Assembly: GCA_976551045.1 (NCBI GenBank)
Contig: CDPCPM010000410.1
Coordinates: 1,612,001-1,676,000, forward strand
Reading direction: 5' to 3'
DNA from: Glaucostegus cemiculus
Taxonomy: Eukaryota
DNA length: 64,000 nucleotides
The notes beneath the pieces are model-generated. The model was not told the origin of the DNA and searched no databases. It saw only the letters and a list, made by a program, of their open reading frames with translations. The translations under genes were made by a program, and so were the position numbers. Shown here piece by piece: positions 1-11,625 of the stretch. How positions within the stretch are numbered: the stretch's first letter is position 1; every line of letters starts with the position of its first letter.

Positions 1-202
1 TGCCCAGTGATATGCTGCCTTTACTCCTGTTCGTGTTTTTTGGTAACAATTCCAGTGTGCAAGCAGGGTTTCACATTCAATGAGAATAATAAAGATTTTT
101 TTTAAAAGGTCACTCATATGACTGCCTCTAACTCATAAGGTTAAATTCAAAAACTGACAAAAATAATCAAACAGGCGTGGGCGATTGTGATGTTTGCTCA
201 TT

Positions 203-782
203 TCAGAATCAGGTTTATTATCACTGACGTACAGTATGTCATGGAAATTGTTGTTTTGCCACAGCAGTAAGATAAGATAAGATATCTTTATTAGTCACAT
301 GTACATCGAAAGACAGTGAAATGCATCTTTGCGTAGAGTGTTCTGGGGGCACCCCGCAAGTGTTGCCATGCTTCCGGCAACAACGTAGCATGCCCACAAC
401 TTTCTGACCTGTACGTCTTTGGAATGTGAGAGAAAACCAGAGCACCCAGAGGAAACCCACTCAGACATGGAGAGAACGTACAAATCCCTTACTGGCAGTG
501 GCTGGAATTGAACCCAGGTCGCTGGCAATGTAAAGTATTACGCTAACCGCTACACTACCGTGCCTGCCAGTGCCTGCCAAAATAAACAAATAAAATAGTG
601 CAAAAGAGGATACTCATGGACTAATCAGAAATCTGATGGCGGAGGGGAAGAAGCTGTTCCCAAAATGTTGGGTGTGTGTCTTCAGGCTCCTGCACTTCCT
701 CCCTGATGTTAGTAACGTGAAGAGGGCATGTCCTGGATGGTGAGGGTCCTTAGTGATGAATGTCACCTTCTTCAGGCACCTC
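203..782 (-). mobile_element. Rex1/Babar-type LINE 3' end, interrupted by a V-SINE
   Basis: cagaatcaggtttattatcac tail at 203; 620-780 matches the other copies (6840-6890, 8050-8160: ggggaagaagctgttcc...ttcaggctcctg...gaagagggcat). Confidence 0.75.
268..569 (-). mobile_element. tRNA-derived V-SINE, full length, Rex1-type tail
   Basis: Minus strand: A-box-like tagtgtagcgg, B box ggttcaattcc, V-domain-like gtgggtttcctctgggtgctctggtt, and a (tctta)n tail. Similar copies at 39502-39800 and 6105-6250. Confidence 0.85.
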
Positions 783-975
783 AATGTCCAGCTAGGGTTA
801 ATTTCATTGTTAAATGGTTGGTCATGTTAACAAATAAAAATCATGAGGCTAGTTTCAGCTAAAGTCAAATTGTATATTTAAAGCAAGTTTGTCCCTTCAA
901 GGAGAAGTATGCTGTGACTGGAGCAGATGCTAGCAGTTATTCTGCAAATGAACCTGATTTAGGGAACATTGAAGA

Positions 976-2180
976 ATGGCACAACATGGAGAGGGCAGCC
1001 CTCAATATGCTCAGAGAGTTCAGTGTAGGTCTTGGTGGAGGAGATGGAAAGCAGAAGAGATGTCCCGTATCACAGGGCTCAGGAGATTCTCAAGGCAATG
1101 ACAGCAGATAACTGTAAAGATCCTATCAGAAACTAAGTCCAAAGGAACTGGATGCAGTGCTGTAAGAGTGACTGCACATGAGTGCCTAAGTCAGTGAATG
1201 CATCTTGAAATGGATGTTCTATGTGACCATTACTAACTTCAAACTTGACTTAATTCACCACTGTCCTATCACTGACTTGCCAAAAGTCTCTGTCAGTTCA
1301 TACTCTCAATGGACAACCATATGCTCAATCTCACCCTCACAAACATAGCACAGTTGCAACCCATGCACCCATACATTATACTCAATGTACTGCAAACTAT
1401 TCACCTAAGACAAGCACATCATTCAGGCTGAATCTACTGATGCTGGCCATTCCTGTTGCAAGGCAATGTAGCTCATAACTGGAGACAGCAGGAGCAACTG
1501 GAGGAGGATTGATGTATCCTCATCTCTGGAGCTTCTTTATGGAGGAGATATTGTCAGGCCTTACTAAAGCTGTTGTCAGTGGCTGACTGAAAACATGGAA
1601 GATTGCAGTATCATGCTCTTTTTCACATTCCATCTCCCATACAACCCATAACCTCTTCTGATTTACATGCAGTGGATGGTGTAAGCATGGCACCATTTAT
1701 TGCCTTCCTCACCACAACACAAGTATCCTTACCCCTTTCAGATATCCAAGAACTGCAACCAGGCCAGAAAGCAGAGGATCAGCTATTCGTCATTGATGAT
1801 GAGGGCACACTATCACACAATTTCACATTTGTAGTTCCCATTTCAGGTGCAGAAACTGATGTACTGGAGAGATTAGCTTAGAGATGGGATCATTTCACAA
1901 TGAGATACAGAGCACATGGTTTGCAGCCAGGTTAGCCCTGGTTCCAACTCACAGAAGAGTGAGGTCACACACAAGTTCTGCTGTAGAGGACTCAACTGGG
2001 CTACCCTTCAGTGGACTGATGGGTGTGCACAATGAAACATCACATGTTTTGTAAGGCTTCCTGGAATGTCAATTCGTAGAATGTCAAGAACTGCAGAGGT
2101 CAGTATCTTGGCACAAGGTTAGATGCAGAGGTAAGAGTCCATCTTTTCCGGTGCAAAAGTGGATGTACTGGCTTCATGTT
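976..2180 (+). pseudogene. Fossil PIF/Harbinger ORF2 (Myb/SANT-like DNA-binding protein), 5' part
   Basis: Translated remnants: VLVEEMESRRDVPY (1029-1070), RNWMQCCK (1143-1166; cf. RTWxQCRKK), NVAHNWRQQEQ/TGGG (1465-1508; cf. K-x-AHNRRE...TGGG), DIQELQPGQ (1741-1767). Stops and frameshifts present. Confidence 0.65.
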
Positions 2181-3110
2181 CCAAAATTCCATAGATTCCA
2201 GAATGTTTCCCATAGTTTGGAAGGAAATGCATGTGACTCTACTTCTTAAGAAAGGATGGAGAGAGAAAACAGGGAACTACATTGGGAACAGGGTACTTCA
2301 GACTACATATACTTATATAAATATGACAGAAAATGCTGGAATGTAATATTAGTGAAATGGTAACAGGGCATTTAGAAAATAACAGGACTGGGCAGATCGC
2401 AGGTCCAACATAGATAAGTGAAAGGGAAATCAAGTTTGACAAATTAGAACAATTCGAGGTTCTAACTTGCAGAATGATGTGTGAACCAATTGATATGATG
2501 TACTTGAACTTACAGAAAGGTACCACACAAGAGATTATTAAATAAAATTACAGCACACAATATGGAGCTAATTACTGGCATGGTTAAGGATGGATTAATT
2601 GGCAGAATGAGAGTTGGAATAAATGAGTCATTTTCAGGTTGGGAGGCTGTGACTGGTGAAGCACTGCAGGGATACATGCAGAGCTTCCGTTGTTCACAAT
2701 CTGTATCAGTGACTTAGATGAGAAGATCAAGTATAATATATCCAAGTATGGTGCTGATATGAAGCTAGTTTGCCATACTGGCTGTGAGAAGGATGTTGAG
2801 AGATTTCCAAGAGATATAAGCAGATGAAATAAATGGAGTCATGAATTCAGAATTTGGATGAGAGGAAATTTCTTCACACAGATGGTGGTCAATCTTTGGA
2901 ATTCACATCGAAGAGGGCTGTGACTCAGTCACTGAATATGTTCAAGACAAGAGATAGATACATATTTAGATATTAAATAAATCAAGGGATATGGGTGAAT
3001 GCAGGCAAGTGGTGCTGAGGTAAAAGATTGGCTATAATATTCATTGAATAGTAGGCCAGGCACAAGTGAAAAAAATGGACTACCACTCATCTATTTCTTA
3101 TGTCCTTATG
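2180..3110 (+). mobile_element. Old CR1-type LINE fragment (RT region plus 3' UTR, internally deleted)
   Basis: Degenerate versions of the motifs in the young CR1 at 46230-47750 (e.g. tacttgaacttacagaaagg; aatcaagggatatggg...cctactc-like end). Confidence 0.75.
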
Positions 3111-3111
3111 G

Positions 3112-3909
3112 GAAAGCACATGGGAGATGGAATATAATATGGAAAAATGTGAGGTCATCCACTTTGGAAGGAGAAATATAAAGACAGAGTAATTTATTTC
3201 ATGGTGAGAGATTGATAGGTGTTGATGTTCAGAGGGCCCTGGGTGTCCTTGTACACAAATCACTTGTAGGTACACCCAGCAATTAGTAAGGCAAATGGTA
3301 TGATAGCTTTTATTGCAAAAAGGTGTGAGTACAAGAGCAGAGACATCTTGGTCCAATTACAAAGGGCCTTGGTGAGAATATTGTGTAAATGTCTGGTCTT
3401 TCTATGTAAGGAAGGGTGGGCAAGTGTTGCAAAACTTCACCAGATTGGCTGCTGAAGTGGGAGCTTTGTTGTATGAGGAGAGATTAAGCAGACTGAGCCT
3501 TTTCTGTCCTGAGTTTTGAAAAATCAGAGGTAATTTCATGGAAACAAAGATAATTTTTACAGGGTGACTTGTTAGACATAGAATTGATGTTTCCCCTAGC
3601 TTGGCTGCTCAGAGCTGGAGTGGGCAGGAACAGAGGCAAGTGGTGTAAGTTACAGTCTCAAAATAAGAAGTTGATTTTTTAGAACAGAGGTCAATGAATC
3701 TTTGGAATCTTCTACCTGAGATGCTTGTGGAGGTTCAATTGCCAGGAATATTCAGGCCAAGATATCAACAGACTTTTAGATATTAAGAGAATCAAGGGAT
3801 ATTGAGTTTATGCAGTTAAGTGGCATTGAGCAGAAGATTGGCCATGATGCCAATGATAGAGAAGCAGGTATGAGGGCTGAATGACCTACTCCTGCTTCTT
3901 CTCCTTATG
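3112..3909 (+). mobile_element. Old CR1-type LINE 3' fragment
   Basis: tataatatggaaaaatgtgaggtcatccactttgg (cf. FNxxKCEVxHFG), gccttggtgaga, and 3' end gggctgaatgacctactcctgcttct. Confidence 0.8.
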
Positions 3910-4480
3910 TTGGCCAAGTGGTTGTCAGCTCTGTGGATCTGACCATGGTGCAGCATGGATGGCTGGTGTTGCATCTTCCACAGGAGCCCAAGTAGCAACC
4001 ATCCAGCTTTCTGGTGTTGCAGTGAAAGCTCACACAGCTGAAGGCCAAGATCACCTTGTTGCCATACAAGCTTTGACTTCTGCCTTCATGACTGTAGATT
4101 AGAATGTAGAGGGACTAGCATGGTCTCCCAGCAGGCTAACAATCTATTCTTCCATAGATCTACTGAGTTCCATCTTGGGGAAGTGCCAGTGGATTCCTGA
4201 AGTGTAAACCTGGTGGTCTTCCTCAGGAAGAAATCATTTGTCCTCTCATTCTGCCAGGGCTCTTTCTGTTGCCTGTCAATTAACTAGATTGGCCTGCTGC
4301 TGCCCTGCCAAATTGGTGTAATCTGGATTTGGATCTTCCAAAGCCAGGCTGTTCAGGGTTATCCTCCACCTCCATCTGAAGGTCAGCAGTCTTCCACAGC
4401 CTTGCTGCAGCCACTGGAGTAACAATGCACAAGAACATTAGGACAGACCAAGGCACACAGAAGATAGGACCAAGGGATTG
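3910..4480 (+). pseudogene. Fossil Harbinger ORF2, probable 3' continuation after the CR1 insertions
   Basis: Non-LINE, Ala/Ser/Thr/Gln-rich coding-like sequence (AGVASSTGAQVATIQLSGVAVKAHT) resuming right after the CR1 tail. The assignment rests mainly on position. Confidence 0.45.
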
Positions 4481-6104
4481 CTTGTAGTTAATTGACGTTT
4501 GTATGGAACATGGCAAGATTTAAATTATAAATCTGGTTTGGAATGTTTAATTTGTGATGGGAGTTATTTTTGCCTTGAGGACAAGCAAATGTGTGTTATG
4601 CCAGAAACACCATTTTGAGCTTTAATGCTATTCAAGGTGAAATATTAAATTGAGATATTATTTAAAGATGTTATAAATGTTTTCACATATAAAATTGATT
4701 TTTCATGTTATTATTGTTTAGGGATATTGCTGCATAATGCATTTTTGCTGGTTTAAAACCAGTCACATCAAAGTATTTCACTGTGATCCTTGATTTTATT
4801 TGTATTGTGTTATAACCACAATGGAGATTAGATAACAATACTTTGCATTTGTACAGTGGTCCTCACATTTGCAAAATAGTTTAAACCTTTTACAATAAAG
4901 AGGAAAGAAATACAGTAGGCTTCAAGCACTGGAAAGGGAAAGAAAACCGGAAACTTTGGAATGGAGAGCCAAACACACGCTTGAAGAGGAAGCTTTTGAT
5001 ATCTGGTAAGGTTTACATGTTGAGTACAGAATATGAGAGTGCAGGACTGTAATAGCTGAACAAACAGTGGAATGGAGGAAGTGAAGGGAGACTCAAGACA
5101 AGAGGGGTAAATAGTGCACAAGCAAGTTAAGATCACAAGGTCAGAGTGCCTAAAGGAATAATCGGAAACAGAGATGAGAAAGCTGAAAAACACTGGGGTA
5201 GGATGAGGGGGTCATAAAAGAAGACATAGTAAGAGTACACAGGCCATTTGCTTTTTGGCAACTAAAGAGATAGAGGCATAGGTGGGGTCCATTACTGAGA
5301 CGTTAGAGGAACGTCAATAAGTTCTCAGTCATGCCCATGGTTTCCATGGTAAGTAAACAAAACAGTTCCCAGCAGCACACTCTGATGGGAGGTGAAAATA
5401 GCCGCTGAAGTAAATGAAGCCTGCTGGATAGATGCTTGATATTTACAATAGTAATAATGAAAAACAATTACAGATTAATTGACAATTGTGGTTTCATCAT
5501 TGGCACGAACACTCTGTTACATACTCATTTATAACATGTTAAGTAAAATATCTCACAGTTTAATTTTGAAATATTTTGTACCAAGTCCAGGGATGAAACT
5601 GTACCCTCTGCTTATAACTTCATTGCCAAAGATTCTAGAGACTGAATAGCTCGGAGCCTGAACCCGGAATGATTACAAATCATTTCCTAATCAAAAACAG
5701 TGACAGTACAGAGCGAAGAACTGTAGCTATGATTTATAATGCTGTAAAGTTGAAGATTAACAGCATTATTGCACACTTGAGGTTTCCTGGACTTCCACTG
5801 CCAAACTTCCTGTTGACTTCATCAGCAGTGTTCCCATTAAGGGCAAATATTGTCTGTGGGGGACTAGGTGTTGCAGTGTGTAAGAACACTGTATTCTTCC
5901 TCTGTGGCCCAGATTTGACTCCAGTTATGAAGAGCTGATGGCCTCCTCTTTCTGTGAATTCTTAAGAGCTACATGCAAAATGAACTTTGACAAGCATCAT
6001 TCGGGATAACAGCTGGCTGGAAGTGTATTTGCAAGCTATTAACAGAATCAAAGAATTCCTGCAATATCATGGAGTAAATTTCTGGCCCCATTAAGTTTCT
6101 CACT

Positions 6105-6250
6105 TTCCAAAAGCGTACAGGTTAGGAAGTTATGGGCATGCAATGTTGGCGCCGGAAGCATGGCGACACTTGCAGGCTGCCCCCCAAAGTCACTACGCAA
6201 AAGATGTATTTCATTGTGTGTTTCGATGTACATGTGACTAATAAGATCTT
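6105..6250 (+). mobile_element. V-SINE 3' part (Rex1-type tail)
   Basis: Reverse-complement match to 285-420 (gttggcgccggaagcatggcgacacttgc...tttcgatgtacatgtgactaataa). Confidence 0.85.
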
Positions 6251-6563
6251 CATAGTTTAAATGGAAGTGTAGGAGCTCTGGAATTGTGGGGAAAAAAGTC
6301 ACAACCCCATTCCCATTCCCAATCTGGCCAATACCATTTGTTCCAGTAATTTTGCTGGAGTGCACAGCTGCTCACCTAGGTTAGGAAATCAGCTCATTGA
6401 GATATCTGAATCTGGGTCCCATGATTTACCTCAAAGCCATCTTGACTGCTCAAGTTAAGGATTGTGCTGATTGGTGACTTAAGCTCAGTAATACTGTCGT
6501 ACAGTTTGCTGAAAACACGAACCTCCTGTTGGAAGCTCCAAACCAACAAATCTGCAGATTTTA

Positions 6564-6693
6564 ACCATTAAGGCATTTCTCATGTCTCAGTGCCTTTCTT
6601 AAACAAGAAAGGGTACCACCTTTTCAATGTGCAGTTGGTGTATGATCCAGACCAGAAAATGACATTATCTTTGTGCCCAGTTCTCTGGAATCT
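6564..6693 (+). pseudogene. PIF/Harbinger (HARBI1-like) DDE transposase remnant, middle part
   Basis: TIKA / PFLNKKGYHLFNVQLVYDPDQK / LCAQFSG matches the family motif AIKAP..F.NRKG.HSLNVQLVCD...VCA.FPGS. Confidence 0.8.
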
Positions 6694-6894
6694 ACCATTA
6701 ATCAGAATTTGATTTATTATCACGAGGTATATGTCGTGAAATTTGTGGTTTTGCAGCAACATTACAGTGCAAAGATATAAAAATAATGGAAATTACAAAA
6801 ATAAATTAATAGTGCAAAGAAAAGTAATAATGAGATGGTGTTCATGGAACATTCAGAAATCTGATGGAGGAGGGGAAGAAGCTGTTCCTGAATT

Positions 6895-8036
6895 AGCAAG
6901 GCTTTTGATAAGGTGCCCCATGCGAGGCTTATGGAGAAGATGAGGAGACACGGGATCCAGGGGGACATTGCGGTGTGGATTCAGAATTGGCTGGCCCACA
7001 GAAGACAAAGAGTGGTTGTGGAAGGGTCGTATTCTGAGTGGAGGTCGGTGACCTCCGGTGTACCTCAGGGATCTGTGCTGGGACCCTTGCTGTTTGTTAT
7101 ATTTATAACTGATCTGGATGAGGAAGCGGAGGGGTGGGTTAGTAAGTTTGCTGACAACACGAAGGTTGGGGGAGTTGTAGATAGTTTGGAGGGCTGTCAG
7201 AGGCTACAGAGGGACATAGGTAGGATGCAGAGTTGGGCTGAGAAATGGCAGATGCAGTTCAACCCGGATAAATGTGAAGTGGTTCATTTTGGTAGATCAA
7301 ATAGGTTGGCGGAATATAGAATTAATGGTAAGACTCTTGGCAGTGTGGAGGATCAGAGGGATCTTGGGGTCCGAGTCCATCGGACACTCAAGGCGGCTGC
7401 GCAGGTTGACTCTGTGGTTAGGAAGGCGTATGGAGTATTGTCCTTCATCGGTCGAGGGATTGAATTTAGGAGTAGGGAGGTAATGCTTCAGTTGTATAGG
7501 TCCCTGGTCAGACCCCACCTGGAGTATTGTGTTCAGTTCTGGTCGCCTCAGTACAGGAAGGATATGGAAGCTATAGGTGCAAAGGAGGTTTACGAGGATG
7601 CTGCCTGGAATGAGGAGCATGCCTTATGAGAGCAGGTTGCGGGAACTCGGCCTTTTCTCCTTGGAGAGAAGGAGGATGAGGGGGGACCTGATTGAGGTGT
7701 ATAAGATGATGAGAGGTATGGATAGGGTAGATAGTTGGAGGCTTTTCCCCAGGCCTGAAATGGTGGCCACAAGAGGACATAGGTTTAAAGTGCTGGAGGC
7801 AAGATAGGGAGATGTTAGGGGTAAGTTTTTTACTCAGAGAGTGGTGAGTGCGTGGAATGGGCTGCCGGAGATGGTGGTGGAGGCGGATACGTTGGGGTCT
7901 TTCAAGAGATTGTTGGATAGGTACATGGAGGTAAATAAGATAGAAGGTTATGGGTAAGCCTAATAGTGTGGGGACATGTTTGGCACAGCTTTGTGGGTCG
8001 AAGGGCCTGAATTGTGCTGTAGGTATCTATGTTCTA
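6895..8036 (+). mobile_element. Young 5'-truncated CR1-type LINE, TSD tgaatt
   Basis: RT motifs SGVPQGSVLGPLLF, FADN (for FADD), LVRPHLEYCVQFWSP; frameshift near 7575; CR1 3' tail ctatgttcta; tgaatt at 6889-6894 and 8037-8042. Confidence 0.95.
6913..7629 (+). pseudogene. CR1 ORF2 reverse transcriptase C-terminal fragment
   Basis: 238-aa ORF in the track with non-LTR RT motifs. It continues in another frame as 7577-7807. Confidence 0.9.
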
Positions 8037-8344
8037 TGAATTGTTAAGTGAGTCTCTTCAGGCTCCTGTACCTCCTCCCCAACAGTAGTAATGAGAAGAG
8101 GGCATATCCCGGGTGATGAGAGTCCTTAATGATGGATGCTGCCTTCTTGAGGCACCACCTCTTGAAGAAGTCCTTGATGGTGATGAGGGTTGTAGACTTA
8201 GGCAGCTCCATCGTGGGCTTGCAATCCTGTGCATTGGAGCCTCCATACCAGACTGTGATGCAACCAGTCACGATGCTCTCCACCATGCAGAATACAAAAT
8301 TCTGTGCAGTGGAGAGCAAAGTTCAGATTGTTTGATGCAAACGA

Positions 8345-8585
8345 TCTTGCTATTAGAACGATTAGTACCCTCTGTAAATGAGCATTATAGGCCTCTGAGG
8401 AACACAAATTCAGGAGCTGAACAAAGATAACACATGAGCCATGGTAAAACTGGATAGATAATATAGCAAACAATTGATGTGCACAAGAGAAACACTTAGA
8501 TGACTGAATAGAACAGGTGGGATCTACACAGACTACAAAGAATACACCATGTTGTTGTACTGTGCTCTGTTAAGCACAATGTTAT
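8345..8585 (+). pseudogene. Harbinger transposase remnant, C-terminal part
   Basis: YPL...PLRNTNSGAEQR*HMSHGKTG*II*QTI...LNRTGG...VVVLCSVKHN matches GYPL..WLMTPLRNP.T.AE.RYN.SH..TR.IIE.TIG..K.RFRCLDRSGG...IVV.CC.LHN. Confidence 0.75.
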
Positions 8586-8607
8586 TTGTTAACTTAAATG
8601 GCATCAG

Positions 8608-8852
8608 ACACAGAAGATCTGAGGGGTAAGTTTTTCTACAAGAAAGGTGGTGAATACATGGAATGAGTTGCCAGAGGAGGGAGTGGAGGCAGATACAATT
8701 ATAATGTTGGAAAGGTACTTGGATAGGAAAGGCTTAGGGGGATACTGTCCTATTGCAGGCAAATGGGATTACCGTTGACAGGCATCATGGTTGGCATGGA
8801 CAAAATGGGCTGTGATGGCCTGTTTCTGTGCTGTACTCTTCTATGATTCTAT
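8608..8852 (+). mobile_element. CR1-type LINE 3' end
   Basis: gatctgaggggtaagttttt...tggaatgagttgccagaggag...ggcctgtttctgtgctgtac...ctatgattcta. Confidence 0.85.
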
Positions 8853-9049
8853 CAGAAACCTTTGGTTCTGAGAACATCAAGGATGAAGGAGAAGCTAAGC
8901 AAGGTCATCCAAACATGCAGTCAAAGGACTAAGCCAGCTGTAATGTACCATCCACCATCCTTCATGCTGAAATAATAGTCATATGAAATTTATTTATCTA
9001 GAAATAAAGAAATTTCCTTTACCAACCAAGTCACGCATTCACACACCAA

Positions 9050-9560
9050 CAAACCAGGCATGGGAGCAACACCACCTCCTGTCCCACAGTCCTTCAAAAG
9101 GAGAGTTGTGGACACAGCTCAGCACATCACAAAAACCAGCCTCCCCTCCATGGATACGGTCTACACTTCTCACTGCCTTGGTAAAGCAGCCAACATAATC
9201 AAAGACCCCACCCACCCCAGACATTCTCTCTTCTCTCATCAGGCAGAAGGTACAAAAGCCTAAAAGCACATACCACCAGGCTCAAGGACAAATTCTACCC
9301 CACTGTTATGACTATTGAACAGTTCCCTAGTACAATAAGATGGACTCTTGACCTCACAATCTATCTCGTTCTGACCTTGCACCTTATTGTCTTCCTGCAC
9401 TGCACTTGCACTTTCTCTGTAGCTGTTACACTTTATTCTGCATTCTGTTATTGTTTTACCCTGTACTACCTCAATGCACTGTGTAATGAATTGATCTGTA
9501 TGAATGGTATGCAAAACAAGTTTTTCACTGTAACCTTGGTACATGTGACAATAATTCCAA
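9050..9560 (+). mobile_element. Rex1/Babar-type LINE 3' end
   Basis: RVVDTAQHITKTSLPSMDTVYTSHCLGKAANIIKDPTHP; 3' UTR is the reverse complement of 36915-37220. Confidence 0.85.
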
Positions 9561-11319
9561 TTCTAAATGTATGATTCAATGATACTGTGCTATTTAAAAT
9601 TCCTACCTCATTTCCTCCTAAAAACACACTATATAACTTGCATTTTATCCATGTGTAAGGACATCCAAAATCACGTGAACACTCAAGTTATAACAAAAAT
9701 ACTTGTGTATACTGTCCTATGGGCTGGCCCCCGTTGATTTAAGGATGGGTGGAAGCAGCAATCTGTGTCAACTTGTCACAAACATGAGTCCTGGAGATGT
9801 TTATTGATGTTCACCTCTAATAACGGCAGAGACAGTTTGGTGTGGCTGAAGGCTTGTTCCTGTGCTGTACTGTTCTATGTTCTAATGTTGGCTGTTAGCT
9901 GAGTTGATTTGCTGAGGAGCTGATACACTGTTATCATCAGATGTGGCAAATGTTTGTCACTTCCACTGAACCACTCTATTGGGTGCTTGGTAACCCAAGG
10001 CACCTTGCCCAATTCTAACCTGTTCTTGCCCTCCAGTGCCCATCTCTGGACTTAATTTTATACTGTTAGTCACTTGTACTCAGTTAGTCACCTTTTGTTT
10101 CTCCTCTAGCTCATGAACTATTCCAGTGTCAGTTTCTGTGCTGACACTACGATGAATGGAGCGAGCGGTAATGGAAGAGAAACATGTCAGCATGGCACAT
10201 AAATATTGTGCAGCAGCAGATGGCTGGAAATGGTTGGCAGCACCAGGGTGCTGTGCGGCCTGGATGTCTGATTACCAGAAGGAAGAATGAAAGGCAAAAT
10301 GGCAAACATCTTCCCATGTCCATGCTCCAGTTTCACTAATGCCAATAGTTCCTGAGGAGCCTCTTCAATAATCACCATGGTTTTCGGCTCCACCTATGTA
10401 AGCACACAGAAGGCAGGCCCTCTATGTCAATTTCCCTCTCACTTGTACACAAACTTCGCCAGAAAAAAGAAAATGTTTGGGTGAGTTAGCCTGTAAAGTG
10501 CTGCTTTGCTGTGAGGCATCTTCATAAAGCCTGTCGAAAGGGAGGAAGAGCAATGGCTGCAGTGGGAAATGTGTAAGCAATTAGCAGAAGAGTGACGAGT
10601 TTTCCATTTGTGACCAGGTGAACATAGGCAGCTTCTTGCCTTTACTTGAGGAAATCAACAACAGTTATGGTGTGTGAGTGTAAGAAGGGGAAGTGGTCCT
10701 AAAGAATTTTGATTGGAACAGAAGCATGGTAAGTTGGAGAAAAAAAGTTTGAAGTGAATGGAGAGAGAGTTGGAGTCTGTCAAGTATATGCAAATGAGGC
10801 CAGATTATGAAAATCAATTAATTATTTCATTGGCCTCTTGGCCCAGTCACTAGCCCACTGGCTGCCTGAAGATGGAATGAAATGAAACTCCATTGTTTTA
10901 AATTTTAAGAATGAAGGTCAAGCAATTGTGAAGTCACAAGAAATTTGGCCTATAAAATACACTCACAATCTACAAATAAAGGATGCCATTTAACCTCTTC
11001 AGCTCATTTAAAAAAAAAGTGATCTATCAGTTTACTACCTGTTAACATCTCAGCGAGGGAATCTGGAAGGTTTGCAACCTACTATATGTTTGGGTTATTG
11101 TTTCAGGTACATGCTCAGGACCAGTATCAGTGTGCATTGAACAACTTATGATACTTCTCATGAAAAGTCCAGAAAATATTGAGCTGTACACTATATACTA
11201 TGAATTTTTATGGAAATTAAACACAATTACTGGAGACAGGTTCACATAAATGATGCTACAGCTAAGGAAGAATTAACAACACTTACGTTTCTAATGGTTT
11301 ACTGTTACTAAACAGAACG

Positions 11320-11625
11320 AGACCACACAACCCATAAAGCCCATGTCAGCACCCAGCAGATCAATCCCATCTGCTCCATTCCCCTCCTTATTTCCCCGTA
11401 GTCCATTTTCCCACACATGCTCACCTACCTATGCTAAGGGGAAATTTACAGTGAACACTGTCTACCAGCATGTCCTTGGGATGTGGTTGGAAGCGAGAGA
11501 ACCCAAGGAAGTCCAAACGGTCTCTGAGATCCTGACCTTGGGTGTTATCCTCACGGACAACACCTGAAATCGGGATCGAACCCAGGTCACTGAACTGTGA
11601 GGCAGCAACACTAAGTGGTGCTCTA
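11320..11625 (-). mobile_element. Degraded V-SINE-like element
   Basis: ccttgggatgtggttggaagcgagagaacccaaggaa...gggatcgaacccaggtcactgaactgtgaggcagcaacacta resembles the tRNA head and V body in reverse. Confidence 0.6.

Larger units (their letters stand above)
6700..8292 (-). mobile_element. Rex1/Babar-type LINE 3' fragment (6700-6894 plus 8043-8292), split by a CR1
   Basis: Tail cagaatttgatttattatcac. ORF 8044-8319 gives ESIVTGCITVWYG...CLKKAASIIKDSHHPGYALFSLL...GRRYRSLK, homologous to ORF 49817-50371. Confidence 0.85.

Noticed and set aside
495-569. tRNA gene
   Set aside because: The A and B boxes belong to the SINE head; no full cloverleaf is evident and it is fused to the SINE body.
6564-8585. 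Domesticated HARBI1 gene
   Set aside because: Multiple stops and frameshifts plus LINE insertions; a dead transposon copy.
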